A program made the translations under genes and the position numbers. Positions 40,770 to 50,799 of a stretch of DNA of 64,000 nt are shown piece after piece. This DNA comes from an uncultured candidate division Zixibacteria bacterium (GTDB lineage: Bacteria; Zixibacteria; MSB-5A5; GN15; PGXB01): contig OY969724.1 of the NCBI GenBank assembly GCA_963702205.1, forward strand, positions 3,648,001-3,712,000, in the 5' to 3' direction. Position 1 is the first letter of the stretch, and the number at the start of each line of letters is the position of its first letter. The notes under the pieces are model-generated. The model was given only the letters and a program-made list of their open reading frames with translations, made no database searches and was not told where the DNA came from.

Positions 40770-40868
40770 CACGAAAAAGATACATCAGAAATTTCATAGC
40801 TCACCCAACGGGTGAGTGAGTTCGTCGTTCAAGTTCTTCTGTGGGTGGCTGACGCCCTCGCCTGCCAC
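40733..40868. repeat. REP-like palindromes (GTGTCAGGTC...GACCTGACAC 40733-40772; GTGG-type 40841-40868)
   Basis: Inverted repeats; the second shares GACGCCCTCG with 32751. Confidence 0.6.
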
Positions 40869-41108
40869 TTCGTCATTTGTACCACAATCCGATTGAATTA
40901 TACCGGTTAAACAAAAAAAGACTATTTTGACCAGTTTTGGATCAAAAACAAATTCCGATTTTATAAATTATTAGGTGATGGATTTCGTCGGGGGGATTAT
41001 ATTTTATTTATACGAATAATATCTCCAACCGGATATTTCTGACGCGATACAAAAGGCCGGGATATCCACCACTCCACCGGCTTATCGCGCATAAAAAGGA
41101 TGTTTGCA

Positions 41109-41849
41109 ATGGATAAAGATCAAGTAATCGACAAGAACGGCGGTGACCTCGACGGCAACGGCGCCCTGGTCGGGCTGGCCCGCGAAAGAACCAAACTTAT
41201 GGTCAACCTCGTCGGTTTGGCCGAAAAACGAAACGAGCTGTCCGACCGCCGCACCGTCGCCGCCGACATGCGTACCGCCCTCGCTCAGGAGCGCACCCGT
41301 CTGGCCAAAGACCAGACCGGCTACAGCGCCCAAAACATGGAACTGGCCGAACGCCGCACCGAGCTTTCCGAAAAACGGACCAATTGGGCCGAGCAGCGGA
41401 CGTCGATGGCCACCAACCGCACCGACCTGGCGCACCAGCGCACCACGCTTTCTGAACAAAGAACCGATTTGGCCACCGGGCGGACCGATCTTGCCCGCGA
41501 GCGGACAACCCTCTCCACCGCCAGAACCGATCTCGCTCACGAGCGCAACGAACTTGCTACCGACCGTACCGATCTTTCCGGCTACCGCTCGCTTCTGGCG
41601 CGGGGGCGTACCGAATTGGCGATGATTCGCACCGGTCTGGCGTTCGTAACTTTCGGTGTCGCCCTGATGCGTTATTTCGGGTTCGGATACTGGAGCATCC
41701 TCGACGGCGGTCTGATTCTTATCGGCGGCGTGTCGACGATTTTCGGCTTGAAGCATTACCTGACCACGCTCAAGTACAAACGCCGTTTCGACAACAAGCT
41801 GAAACGCCACATGCTGCTGGAACTGGAAGCCTCCGTCTCCGAAGCGTAG
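41109..41849 (+). CDS. DUF202 family protein with 23 tandem RTxLAxx heptads
   Basis: Heptads at 41166-41648 run into RTELAMIRTGL and TM helices. Confidence 0.85.
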   Translation: MDKDQVIDKNGGDLDGNGALVGLARERTKLMVNLVGLAEKRNELSDRRTVAADMRTALAQERTRLAKDQTGYSAQNMELAERRTELSEKRTNWAEQRTSMATNRTDLAHQRTTLSEQRTDLATGRTDLARERTTLSTARTDLAHERNELATDRTDLSGYRSLLARGRTELAMIRTGLAFVTFGVALMRYFGFGYWSILDGGLILIGGVSTIFGLKHYLTTLKYKRRFDNKLKRHMLLELEASVSEA

Positions 41850-41960
41850 TTGAGCAACGCCAACTTGTGAAGTCGGCGTGATTAAAAACTGATTGAAAGT
41901 ATGTCGAATATTTTATTGGTTAATCGTCTATTTTACTATATTACTAATGGGTAAAAGTTT

Positions 41961-42166
41961 TCTTTAGTAGGTCAGGAGCCCTGCCGAAGGTCCCGCCTGC
42001 ACTGAGTTTGCGAAGTGAGCGAAGCGAGGGAGCTCCTGACACTCACGCTTAGTCGTAATTATAGGAACTAATTAATAATGATTTCTCTTTAGTAGGTCAG
42101 GAGCCCTGCCGAAGGTCCCGCCTGCACTGAGTTTGCGAAGTGAGCGAAGCGAGGGAGCTCCTGACA
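41961..42166 (+). repeat. Two identical 81-bp direct repeats (41961-42041, 42086-42166), loop-expanded GTAG REPs upstream of RAYT
   Basis: GTAGGTCAGGAGC...GCTCCTGACA. Confidence 0.9.
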
Positions 42167-42186
42167 AATTTATTCATGGTTGAGAA

Positions 42187-42693
42187 ATGTCAATAATCAA
42201 ACGATATTGCAATTCCGGGAATATTTATTTCATTACGAATGTTTCATACAACCGTATTCCTATTCTGACGGACAATTACGACTTGCTGATCGACGCACAG
42301 AATAATATTAAAAACGACCTGCAAATAGACATCTTAGCGTTCGTAATTCTCCCCGATCATATCCATTATCTGATCGATACCAAAGAACATGATATTTCAA
42401 CGATCATGCAACGAATTAAAATGGGTTTCGGCGCCAATTTCAGAAAACGGCATAAAATGCTCAAGGGGCGTTTATGGCAGAATAGATTTTGGGATCATAT
42501 TATTCGCAATCAGGCCGATTTTGATCGCCATTTTGATTACATACATTATAATCCGGTTAAGCATGGATATGCCAAAAGCCCGTATGATTGGTCATTCACA
42601 ACGATTCACGAATTTCATAATAAAGGAATCTATCAAAGAGATTGGGGCGCACGAGAAAAAATCGTGTTTGACGGCAATTATGGTGATGATTAA
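42187..42693 (+). mobile_element. REP-associated tyrosine transposase (RAYT/TnpA-REP, Y1 HUH)
   Basis: YFIT, VILPDHIH (HUH), LWQNRFWDHIIR, YIHYNPVKHG; flanked by inverted GTAG REPs. Confidence 0.93.
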
Positions 42694-42700
42694 TTTTAAT

Positions 42701-42728
42701 TGTCAGGAGCGCGGGGCTCCTGACCTAC
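42701..42728 (-). repeat. Minimal GTAG REP downstream of RAYT
   Basis: Reverse complement GTAGGTCAGGAGCCCCGCGCTCCTGACA. Confidence 0.9.
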
Positions 42729-42752
42729 AATGAAAATTTACGTTACCCACAC

Positions 42753-42779
42753 AAAAAAAGCCCCGCAATCGCGGGGCTT
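42753..42779 (-). terminator. rpmA terminator
   Basis: AAGCCCCGC-gatt-GCGGGGCTTTTTTT on the minus strand. Confidence 0.8.
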
Positions 42780-42805
42780 AAAAATCCTAACACTTGTCCC
42801 AGGTT

Positions 42806-43057
42806 CTATTCGAGCACTGAAACAATCTTTCTGTCGCGGCCTTTGCGGTCGAACTGAACCACACCGGTAATTTTCGCGAACAAAGTATTGTCGCGGCCAA
42901 TCCCGACGTTAACACCGGGATGGAAACCGGTGCCGCGCTGACGGACGATAATGGTCCCGGCCGTCACGGCCTGACCGGCATATGTCTTGATGCCCATCCT
43001 CTGGCCTTGGCTGTCGCGGCCGTTACGGGATGAACCAACACCTTTTTTATGAGCCAT
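42806..43057 (-). CDS. rpmA: 50S ribosomal protein L27
   Basis: [24 protein letters not shown]. Confidence 0.98.
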   Translation of the reverse strand: MAHKKGVGSSRNGRDSQGQRMGIKTYAGQAVTAGTIIVRQRGTGFHPGVNVGIGRDNTLFAKITGVVQFDRKGRDRKIVSVLE

Positions 43058-43153
43058 AATCTACTCCAACTCAAATTATTTTCGTAAATCAAAATACGGC
43101 CCGGTCAAACCGGGCCGCATAAGTATATAAAAATCTATCGAAAAAGCAAGCCC

Positions 43154-45614
43154 TTAATTGGGCACTTTTTGCTGTTTTTCACCGGCCGCCGGAAGCTCGT
43201 TGAACGTGAATTTCAACTTGTCATCCTCGACACCGATTTTCAGATTGCAGTCGCCGGCATATTGGCCGCGCAGCAGTTCCTCGGCGAGGGGATCTTCCAG
43301 ATATTTCTGGATCGCCCTCTTGAGCGGCCGCGCTCCGAGCATCGACTCGAACCCGTTGGAAGCCAAAAACGTACGGGCCTCTTCGGTCAGCGTGAAACTT
43401 ATCCCCCGCTCGGCAAGACGTTTGGCCACGTTGGCCACCTCGATATCGACTATCTGCTTGATATCGTCGATATTCAGTGCCCGGAAAATTATGGTACATG
43501 TCGATGCGGTTCAATAGCTCCGGATTGAACAGCTTTTTCAGTTCCCCGGTGACCTTTTTCTTCATCGACTCGTGATCGGCATCGCTTCTTTCCGAATCGA
43601 ACCCGACCGATTTTTCGTTCTTGATCTGCTTGGTCCCGACGTTGGACGTCATAATGACGACCGTATTGCGGAAATCGACCTTGCGTCCGAACGAATCGGT
43701 CAGCGACCCATCGTCCATAAGCTGCAGCAGGATATTATAAACGTCCGGATGCGCCTTTTCGATTTCATCGAGCAGGACGACCGAGTACGGCCGACGCCTG
43801 ACTTTTTCCGTCAACTGGCCGCCTTCTTCGTAACCGACATATCCCGGAGGCGCACCGATCAGCCTCGAAACCGCGAATTTCTCCATATATTCGGACATAT
43901 CGATACGCACCAGCGAATTGGCGTCCTCAAAGAGGAATTCCGCCAGGACACGCGCCAGTTCGGTCTTGCCGACACCGGTTGGGCCCAGAAACAGGAACGA
44001 CCCGATCGGCCGCCGTGGGTCACCCAGTCCGGCGCGGGAGCGGCGGATGGATTTGCACAGGATGCCGATGGCTTCGTCCTGACCGATAATTTTCTTTTTG
44101 AGTTCTTCTTCCATGCGCATCAGGCGCTTGGATTCTTTTTCTTCGAGACGGAACAGCGGAATTCCGGTCATCTTGGAGACGACCTGCGCGATATCCTCTT
44201 CCTGCAGAGTTACGCGCTCTTTGTCGCGCTGTTCGGCCCATTCTTCTTTCATTTTTTCCAGCCGCTCTTTTTTAAACTTGAGTTCGTCGCGGAGCTGAGC
44301 GGCTGTTTCGAAAGCCTGATTCTTGACGGCTTTTTCTTTTTCTTCCTGAAGCTTGGAAATTTCGTTTTCAATCTCGCCGAATTCTTCCGGCTTGGCAAAC
44401 GACGCCAGATGCGCCCGGCTGCCGGCCTCGTCGATCACGTCGAGCGACTTATCCGGCTGGAATTTGCCGCTGATGTAACGATCCGAGAGTTTGACGGCGG
44501 ATACGATGGCTTCATCGGAAATAATAATTTTGTGGTGCTCTTCGTACTTATTCTTGAGACCCTGCAAAATCTGCACGGTGTTCTCGGCAGTCGGGGCCTC
44601 GATCATGACCGTCTGGAAACGACGGTCCAGCGCACCGTCCTTCTCGATAAACTTTCGGTATTCGTTGAGCGTCGTGGCACCGATGCACTGCAATTCGCCG
44701 CGCGACAAGGCCGGTTTGAAAATGTTGCTGGCGTCGAGCGAGCCCTCGGCCCCCCCGGCTCCGACGATGGTATGAAGTTCATCTATAAAAATCACGACGT
44801 CTTTGGAATTGATGATCTCGGTCATGACCGCCTTGAGGCGTTCTTCGAACTGTCCACGGTATTTGGTCCCGGCTACCAGCGAAGCCATGTCGAGAGTTAC
44901 GAGCCGCTTGCCATCCAGCGTCTGCGGAACCTTGCCCTCGACAATGCGCTGGGCCAGGCCCTCGGCAATGGCGGTCTTGCCCACCCCCGGCTCTCCGATC
45001 AAAACCGGATTGTTTTTCTTGCGGCGTGAAAGAATCTGGCTGACCCGTTCGATTTCATCGTCGCGCCCGATAATCGGATCGAGCATGCTGCGACGAGCCA
45101 GTTCGGTCAGGTCGCGACCGTAATGATCCAGCGCCGGTGTTTTTGATTTTTTGCGTTTCTTCTTGAACGACGACGGTTTGCCGTTCTGAATATTCTTCAG
45201 CTCTTCGTAAACGTCTTTATAATCGATTTCGTACATCGACAGTACCTGAGCGGCCACGCCTTCTTCGTCTTTCAACAAAGCCAGCAATATGTGTTCGGTA
45301 TCGATGTCTTTCGATTTCAAAGCCCGCGCTTCCTGCCCGGAAACTTCGAGGGTCTTCTTGGCACGCGCCGTAAGCGGCAGCTGTCCCATGGTCATGGTTC
45401 CACCCGACGGCTGGACGACTTCTTCGATCGACGCTTTTAAATCCTGCGGCTCAATGCCGAGGTTGATGATGATATCGACGCCGCGTCCTTCGCCAAGGCG
45501 AATCATGCCAAGCAAGAGATGCTCGGTGCCGATATAGTCATGACGAAGCCGAGCCGCTTCATCTCGGGCATATTCAATGGCTTTGCGGGCAAGTTCTGTG
45601 AACATCTCATTCAT
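43154..45614 (-). CDS. clpC: ATP-dependent Clp protease ATPase ClpC; one frameshift near 43496-43499
   Basis: Clp-N repeats, [27 protein letters not shown]; continuation TIIFRALN...[10 protein letters not shown] is in another frame. Confidence 0.93.
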
Positions 45615-45666
45615 AATAATTTACCATCCTGTATATTAAACACTTTTTTCCGTGTAATTGTGCACT

Positions 45667-46719
45667 CTAATTTAATTTTTCACGCACCATCTTGGCGCGC
45701 AGAAAATCTCTGTGGTCGCCGTCGAGTTCTTCATTGTTGAACTTCTGCAAATGCGCCGGCTGCGACAATAAAAGAATTTCGTTTATCTGACGTATGGTTA
45801 CGTTAACAATAATTTTCATCGCAATCCCGAGCCGTACCGCAGACAAAAGATTCATGACTTCATCCGACGTCAGCATCCGAGCGCTTTTAAGGATACCGTA
45901 CGCCCGCCAGATTTTATCCTCGATTTGCGCCGAGGCTTCGCTGCTGAGTCTTTCGCGTGCGGCGTTCTCGCTTTCAATTATGAAACGGGTCAGCTGTTCG
46001 ATCAGTTCCAGTATCTGTTTTTCCGACACACCCAGCGTCGTCTGGTTGGATATCTGAAACAAATTACCGAGCACGTCGGTTCCTTCGCCGTAAAATCCGC
46101 GTACCGCCACGCCCTGCTTGGAAATTTTATTGATTACCCCATCGATTTCCTTGGTAATCACCAGCCCCGGAAGGTGGATCAGGACCGACGCCCTCATGCC
46201 GGTCCCGACGTTGGTCGGGCAGGCCGTAAGGAAACCAAAATCGGGATCATAGTCATACTCTATAAACCGGCCGATTTCATTGTCGTACTGCATGGCGAGC
46301 TTATACGCCTTCTCCGGTTCCAGCCCGGAAGCGAGCGCCTGTATGCGCAAATGATCTTCCTCGTTGACCATGACCGAAATCTGCTCGTGCGGACTGATAA
46401 ACAGCGCGCGGGCCGAGACGTCCTGCATGAAATTCGGCGACATCAAATGGCGCTCGACGAGAAAGTCACGATCCAGCGGCGTTAGTTCCGCCGAACGGTA
46501 CAACTTCCCCTTACTCAGCATTTCCGATCGGGAATAAGCCGATTCGAAAAACCCGACGACCTTTTCGCGGGTATTCGTGTCGGCCGCGGTCGGGTAAATC
46601 TGGTCCTTGACGTTCCGGGCCAGCCTGACGCGTGTCGATAGTACGACCATGCTGTCACGACCTTCACCCGCCAACCAGCCGCTCATCGATTTCGCCATAT
46701 CTTCAAACATAGTAATCAA
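45667..46719 (-). CDS. mcsB: Protein-arginine kinase McsB
   Basis: STRVRLARN, NEEDHLRIQ, LTACPTNVGTGMRAS, FQISNQTTLG. Confidence 0.96.
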   Translation of the reverse strand: MITMFEDMAKSMSGWLAGEGRDSMVVLSTRVRLARNVKDQIYPTAADTNTREKVVGFFESAYSRSEMLSKGKLYRSAELTPLDRDFLVERHLMSPNFMQDVSARALFISPHEQISVMVNEEDHLRIQALASGLEPEKAYKLAMQYDNEIGRFIEYDYDPDFGFLTACPTNVGTGMRASVLIHLPGLVITKEIDGVINKISKQGVAVRGFYGEGTDVLGNLFQISNQTTLGVSEKQILELIEQLTRFIIESENAARERLSSEASAQIEDKIWRAYGILKSARMLTSDEVMNLLSAVRLGIAMKIIVNVTIRQINEILLLSQPAHLQKFNNEELDGDHRDFLRAKMVREKLN

Positions 46720-47240
46720 GATTCATCCTTCGGGGCCAGGACGCCCTCTCTTAGCTCATGCAGCTTATCCCGTAAATCGGCGGCGCGCTCGAAATCTTCA
46801 GCCTCGATCGCCTTTTTAAGCTCACTATCCAGCCGCTCTTCTTCCTGAATGGAGTGCGCTTCGCTTTCATCGGCCGCCGGAAGTTTTCCCTTGTGCAGCG
46901 ATGACCCGTGCAGTTTGCGCATGATCGCCTCCAGGCGTGGACGGAAAGCCGTATAACATTGCCCGCAACCGAATCTCCCCTGCCGCGAGAACGCTTCGAA
47001 CGTCAGGCCGCATTTGGAACAGGTAATCAACGGCAGGCTTTCATTCACCTTGTGCGGATACTTCTGCTGGATCATGCCGGACAGCAGTTCGGCCAGCGGA
47101 AACGGCATGCTGTCCAAAGGGCTGTGGAAACCCATCTTGGCCGCGCATTCTTTGCAAATTTGAAGCGCAATCTTTTCGTTATCTACGATCTGCGTCAAGT
47201 TAATCGTGGCCGGATTTTTCTTACATCTCTGACACAGCAT
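46716..47240 (-). CDS. mcsA: McsA (Zn finger + UVR)
   Basis: Four CxxC motifs, HKGKLP, EDFERAADLRD. Confidence 0.95.
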   Translation of the reverse strand: MLCQRCKKNPATINLTQIVDNEKIALQICKECAAKMGFHSPLDSMPFPLAELLSGMIQQKYPHKVNESLPLITCSKCGLTFEAFSRQGRFGCGQCYTAFRPRLEAIMRKLHGSSLHKGKLPAADESEAHSIQEEERLDSELKKAIEAEDFERAADLRDKLHELREGVLAPKDES

Positions 47241-47251
47241 ATTATCACCAC

Positions 47252-47953
47252 CTATCGGGTTGCCGTCTCGAGGACGACACCCCTGTCAATTTTTACGATT
47301 CTGTTGCAGCTTTTAGCCAGTTCCAAATTATGTGTAGCGATTATGAACGATGTCCCGTGAGCGCGGTTAAGATCGGAAAGCAGGGCATGGAGTCGTTCGC
47401 CGGTTGCGATATCCAGATTCCCCGATGGCTCGTCGGCCATCACCAGTTCCGGATTGTTTATCAGCGCCCGGGCCACCGCCGTTCGCTGCAGCTCTCCTCC
47501 CGACAACTGCCGGGGAAGATGGTTTTGTCTATCCTGTAAACCGACATCTGTAAGCAGTTGTTCCGCGCGCTCGACGGCTTCACTGCGGCCTATGCCGGCG
47601 ACAAGAGCCGGCATCATGACATTTTCCTTCGCCGTGAAGTCCTCGAGAAGGTAATGGTGCTGAAAAACGAAACCGATATGTGCGTTGCGGAACAGGGCCA
47701 GATCTTTTTCATTCATGTTGTTGATGTTATTGCCTTTGAATTGCACGTCACCGGAAGTCGGCCGGTCCAGACCACCGAGAATGTGCAGCAAAGTCGATTT
47801 CCCGACACCCGATGCTCCCACTACGGCCACCATATCTCCCTGGTCGGCAATAAGATCGACCCCTCTAAGGACTTCCAGTGTTCCCTCGACCGTTTCGAAA
47901 TTACGGACTATTCGATGGGCCACCAGAAAGTGTTTTTTTTCAGCCGAATCCAA
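47252..47953 (-). CDS. lolD: Lipoprotein-releasing ABC transporter ATPase
   Basis: GASGVGKS, GFVFQ, LSGGE, ADEPSGNLD. Confidence 0.88.
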   Translation of the reverse strand: MDSAEKKHFLVAHRIVRNFETVEGTLEVLRGVDLIADQGDMVAVVGASGVGKSTLLHILGGLDRPTSGDVQFKGNNINNMNEKDLALFRNAHIGFVFQHHYLLEDFTAKENVMMPALVAGIGRSEAVERAEQLLTDVGLQDRQNHLPRQLSGGELQRTAVARALINNPELVMADEPSGNLDIATGERLHALLSDLNRAHGTSFIIATHNLELAKSCNRIVKIDRGVVLETATR

Positions 47954-48046
47954 TGCGCAACTCCCCTAACTTCCCTGTTTATCATTATATAACTATTTTC
48001 GCCAGTATCGTCAAATAATTTAGGGGCGGGGTGCAAATAGTGCTCC

Positions 48047-49276
48047 TTATTGACGGATAACGTCGATAACCGATTGCGACGCCGCGCGATATGCCGGGTA
48101 GAGGGCGGCCAGAAAGCAGATAAAAATGGTTATGAGACCGGCCAGAATGAAGTCGAAAGGCTGGATCTTTATGGGCAGGTAACTGATGAAATACAAATCG
48201 GGCGGAAGTGAAATTATATTGTACGTATTTTGCAGCCAGGCCGCGAATATGGCTATCGCCCAGCCGCCGATTATGCCAACTGATCCGATTATGAGCCCGT
48301 TGTATACGAAAATTTTCCGCACCGACGGGGGTGTGACCCCTATCGCTTTCAATATTCCGATCTCCGAGCGCTTTTCCATCGCCAGCATGACCAATGTCGA
48401 GATAATTGAAAAAGCCGCGACCAGGACAATCAAAATGAAACCTATAAACAGAATTTTCTTTTCGAGAGCGATCCAGCTGAACAGGTTTTTATGCAGTACA
48501 TACCACGGCACCACGTCATAATCGTACCCCAGCAGTTCCTGAAGTTCCGGCGCGATTTTTTCGGCCAGGTAGATATCGGTCAGTTTCAGATGAATACCGG
48601 TAACCCTCGGCCCCGTCTTGAAAAGGTCCTGTGCGACGGTCAGCGGGATGTATGCCATCTCGGCGTCGAATTCGTACATGCCGCTTTCGAAAATACCGCT
48701 AACGTAGAATTTTGCCACACGCGGACGGGTGGCGTGGCGAAGGTCCTCCCCGCTCAATGAGTACAGCACGATCGGATCGCCGATACCGACCCCAAGGCGG
48801 TCGGCCAGGGTACTGCCCATAATTATCCCGGCGGCGTTTTCTCCCGAGTCCGGCGGGCTTATATCGAAGCTGTACTCACCGGCCACGATATTCTTTGCAA
48901 TATTGGCGGCTCGCGCCTCCTGGGCCAGGTCGATACCCCGGACTATTATGCCGTCGCCCAGCGACGCCGACTGTATGGCCGCCTTGTAGTAAATAAACGG
49001 CGATGCCGCGATTACGTCTGGCAGGGTTTCTATTTTCCTGACGACGTCTTCGTAGTCGCTGATGTACTCCGTCATTCGCGGGAATACCGTTATGTGCGAG
49101 GTGGTCCCCAACAGGCGCGTGCGCAGTTCGTCCTCGAAACCGTTGTGCATTGACATGACAAAACAGACCACGGCCACGCCGAGAGTGACGCCAAGGATGG
49201 TGATCCACGTCGAAACGGAAGTAAAAAACCGACCGGATCTGAGGTACCGGCCGGCTATAAAGCGTTCATAGTACAT
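48047..49276 (-). CDS. Lipoprotein-releasing ABC permease LolC/E
   Basis: IAGRYL, NGFEDEL, EIGILKAIG, LYPAYRAA. Confidence 0.9.
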   Translation of the reverse strand: MYYERFIAGRYLRSGRFFTSVSTWITILGVTLGVAVVCFVMSMHNGFEDELRTRLLGTTSHITVFPRMTEYISDYEDVVRKIETLPDVIAASPFIYYKAAIQSASLGDGIIVRGIDLAQEARAANIAKNIVAGEYSFDISPPDSGENAAGIIMGSTLADRLGVGIGDPIVLYSLSGEDLRHATRPRVAKFYVSGIFESGMYEFDAEMAYIPLTVAQDLFKTGPRVTGIHLKLTDIYLAEKIAPELQELLGYDYDVVPWYVLHKNLFSWIALEKKILFIGFILIVLVAAFSIISTLVMLAMEKRSEIGILKAIGVTPPSVRKIFVYNGLIIGSVGIIGGWAIAIFAAWLQNTYNIISLPPDLYFISYLPIKIQPFDFILAGLITIFICFLAALYPAYRAASQSVIDVIRQ

Positions 49277-49287
49277 ATTTGGGCGTC

Positions 49288-50799
49288 TTATTCATCGCGT
49301 TCCGGCTTCATCTGAGGAAACAATATGACGTCGCGAATCGAATGGCTGCCGGTCAAAAGCATGACCAGCCTGTCCACACCGAAACCGAGGCCGCCGGTCG
49401 GCGGCATGCCGTACATCAAAGCCGTCAGAAAATCTTCATCGAGGACGTGGGCTTCTTCGTCACCGGCTTTGGCCGCCTCGGTCTGAGCCTCGAATCGCCG
49501 CCTTTGGTCATCGGGATCGTTCAACTCTGAAAAGGCATTGGCGCATTCGAACCCGGCGAGAAACAGCTCGAACCTTTCCACCAGGCGCGGATTATCACGA
49601 TGCACCTTGGCCAGTGGAGATATTTCCTGCGGGAAATCGATTATATAGGTCGGCTGCACCAGCGTCGGTTCGACAAAATGCTCGAAACACGCTTCGACCA
49701 CTTTACCCCAGTTGATCGCGGCATCCACTTCCACCCCGGCCTCTTTGGCCGTCTTCTTGGCGGTTTCGAAATCCATGTCGATCAAATCGAACGCGGCCTT
49801 TTCTTTCACCGAGTCGACCATCGATACCCGGCGAAAATCCGGTTCGAAATCCACTTCATGGTCTTCGTACTTGATCTTGTATGAACCGTGCAAATCGTAG
49901 ACAACCTTGCGGAACAGATCTTCAACCAGTTTCATGATGTCGGTGTAATCGGCGTACGCCCAGTACAATTCGACCATCGAAAATTCCGGATTGTGCATGC
50001 GATCCATGCCTTCGTTGCGGAAATCTTTGCAAAATTCCCAGACCTTTTCGAACCCGCCAACCAGGAGCCTCTTTAAGTAAAGTTCATCGGCGATCCTTAA
50101 GTACAAGTCGGCATGCAACGAATTATGGTGCGTCATGAACGGACGAGCCGTCGCGCCGCCGTATATCGGCTGCAAAATCGGTGTTTCCACTTCGAGAAAT
50201 CCGCGCGACGTGAAAAATTCCCGGATCGACTGGACGATGCGCGACCGCTTAAGGAAGGTGTCGCGCACTTCCGGGTTGACGATCAAATCGGCATAGCGAC
50301 GGCGGTAGCGCATCTCCTTGTCCACCAGCCCGGCGTGCTTGTCGGGCAGAGGATGGAGCGACTTCGCCAGCAGCACCAGTTCCTGCACATTGACCGACTT
50401 CTCCCCGGTCCTGGTCGTAAACAGTGTTCCGGCCACGCCGAGGAAGTCCCCGAGGTCGAGCTTTGAAAACACTTTGTATGAATCGGGCCCGACGTTGTCC
50501 TGCTTGACATAGATCTGCATCCGCCCGGTTTGGTCGTGAATGTCGGCAAACGAGGCCTTACCCATCTTGCGCTTGAGCATCATGCGCCCGGCCATACGGA
50601 CGACCGTACCATCGGCGGCGAGCTCGTCGAACGATGCGATCACTTCGTCGGCCGAATGAGTCTTTTCGAAACGGTACGGGTACGGATTCACGCCCGCCTG
50701 GCGGAGTTCTTCAAGTTTCTGTCGCCGGTTGGCGATAACTTCTTCCAGCGTCTGCTGCTTTTCCTGGACCTGGTGGCCCGGTTGTTCTTTATCGGTCAT
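49288..50799 (-). CDS. lysS: Lysine--tRNA ligase (class II)
   Basis: GGATARPF, FRNEG, HNPEF, GMPPTGGLGFGVDRL. Confidence 0.98.
   Translation of the reverse strand: MTDKEQPGHQVQEKQQTLEEVIANRRQKLEELRQAGVNPYPYRFEKTHSADEVIASFDELAADGTVVRMAGRMMLKRKMGKASFADIHDQTGRMQIYVKQDNVGPDSYKVFSKLDLGDFLGVAGTLFTTRTGEKSVNVQELVLLAKSLHPLPDKHAGLVDKEMRYRRRYADLIVNPEVRDTFLKRSRIVQSIREFFTSRGFLEVETPILQPIYGGATARPFMTHHNSLHADLYLRIADELYLKRLLVGGFEKVWEFCKDFRNEGMDRMHNPEFSMVELYWAYADYTDIMKLVEDLFRKVVYDLHGSYKIKYEDHEVDFEPDFRRVSMVDSVKEKAAFDLIDMDFETAKKTAKEAGVEVDAAINWGKVVEACFEHFVEPTLVQPTYIIDFPQEISPLAKVHRDNPRLVERFELFLAGFECANAFSELNDPDDQRRRFEAQTEAAKAGDEEAHVLDEDFLTALMYGMPPTGGLGFGVDRLVMLLTGSHSIRDVILFPQMKPERDE

Noticed and set aside
40974..41030. 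GGTGATGGA resembling a fluoride riboswitch
   Set aside because: The P1 complement and 3' pseudoknot segment are absent.
41961..42166. Direct repeats with a spacer as a CRISPR array
   Set aside because: Only two 81-bp units, no cas genes, and they are GTAG REPs next to a RAYT.
43572..45029. Long antisense ORFs (also 36185-37060, 41082-41810, 53875-54732, 61302-62048)
   Set aside because: Shadow frames of GC-rich conserved genes on the opposite strand.
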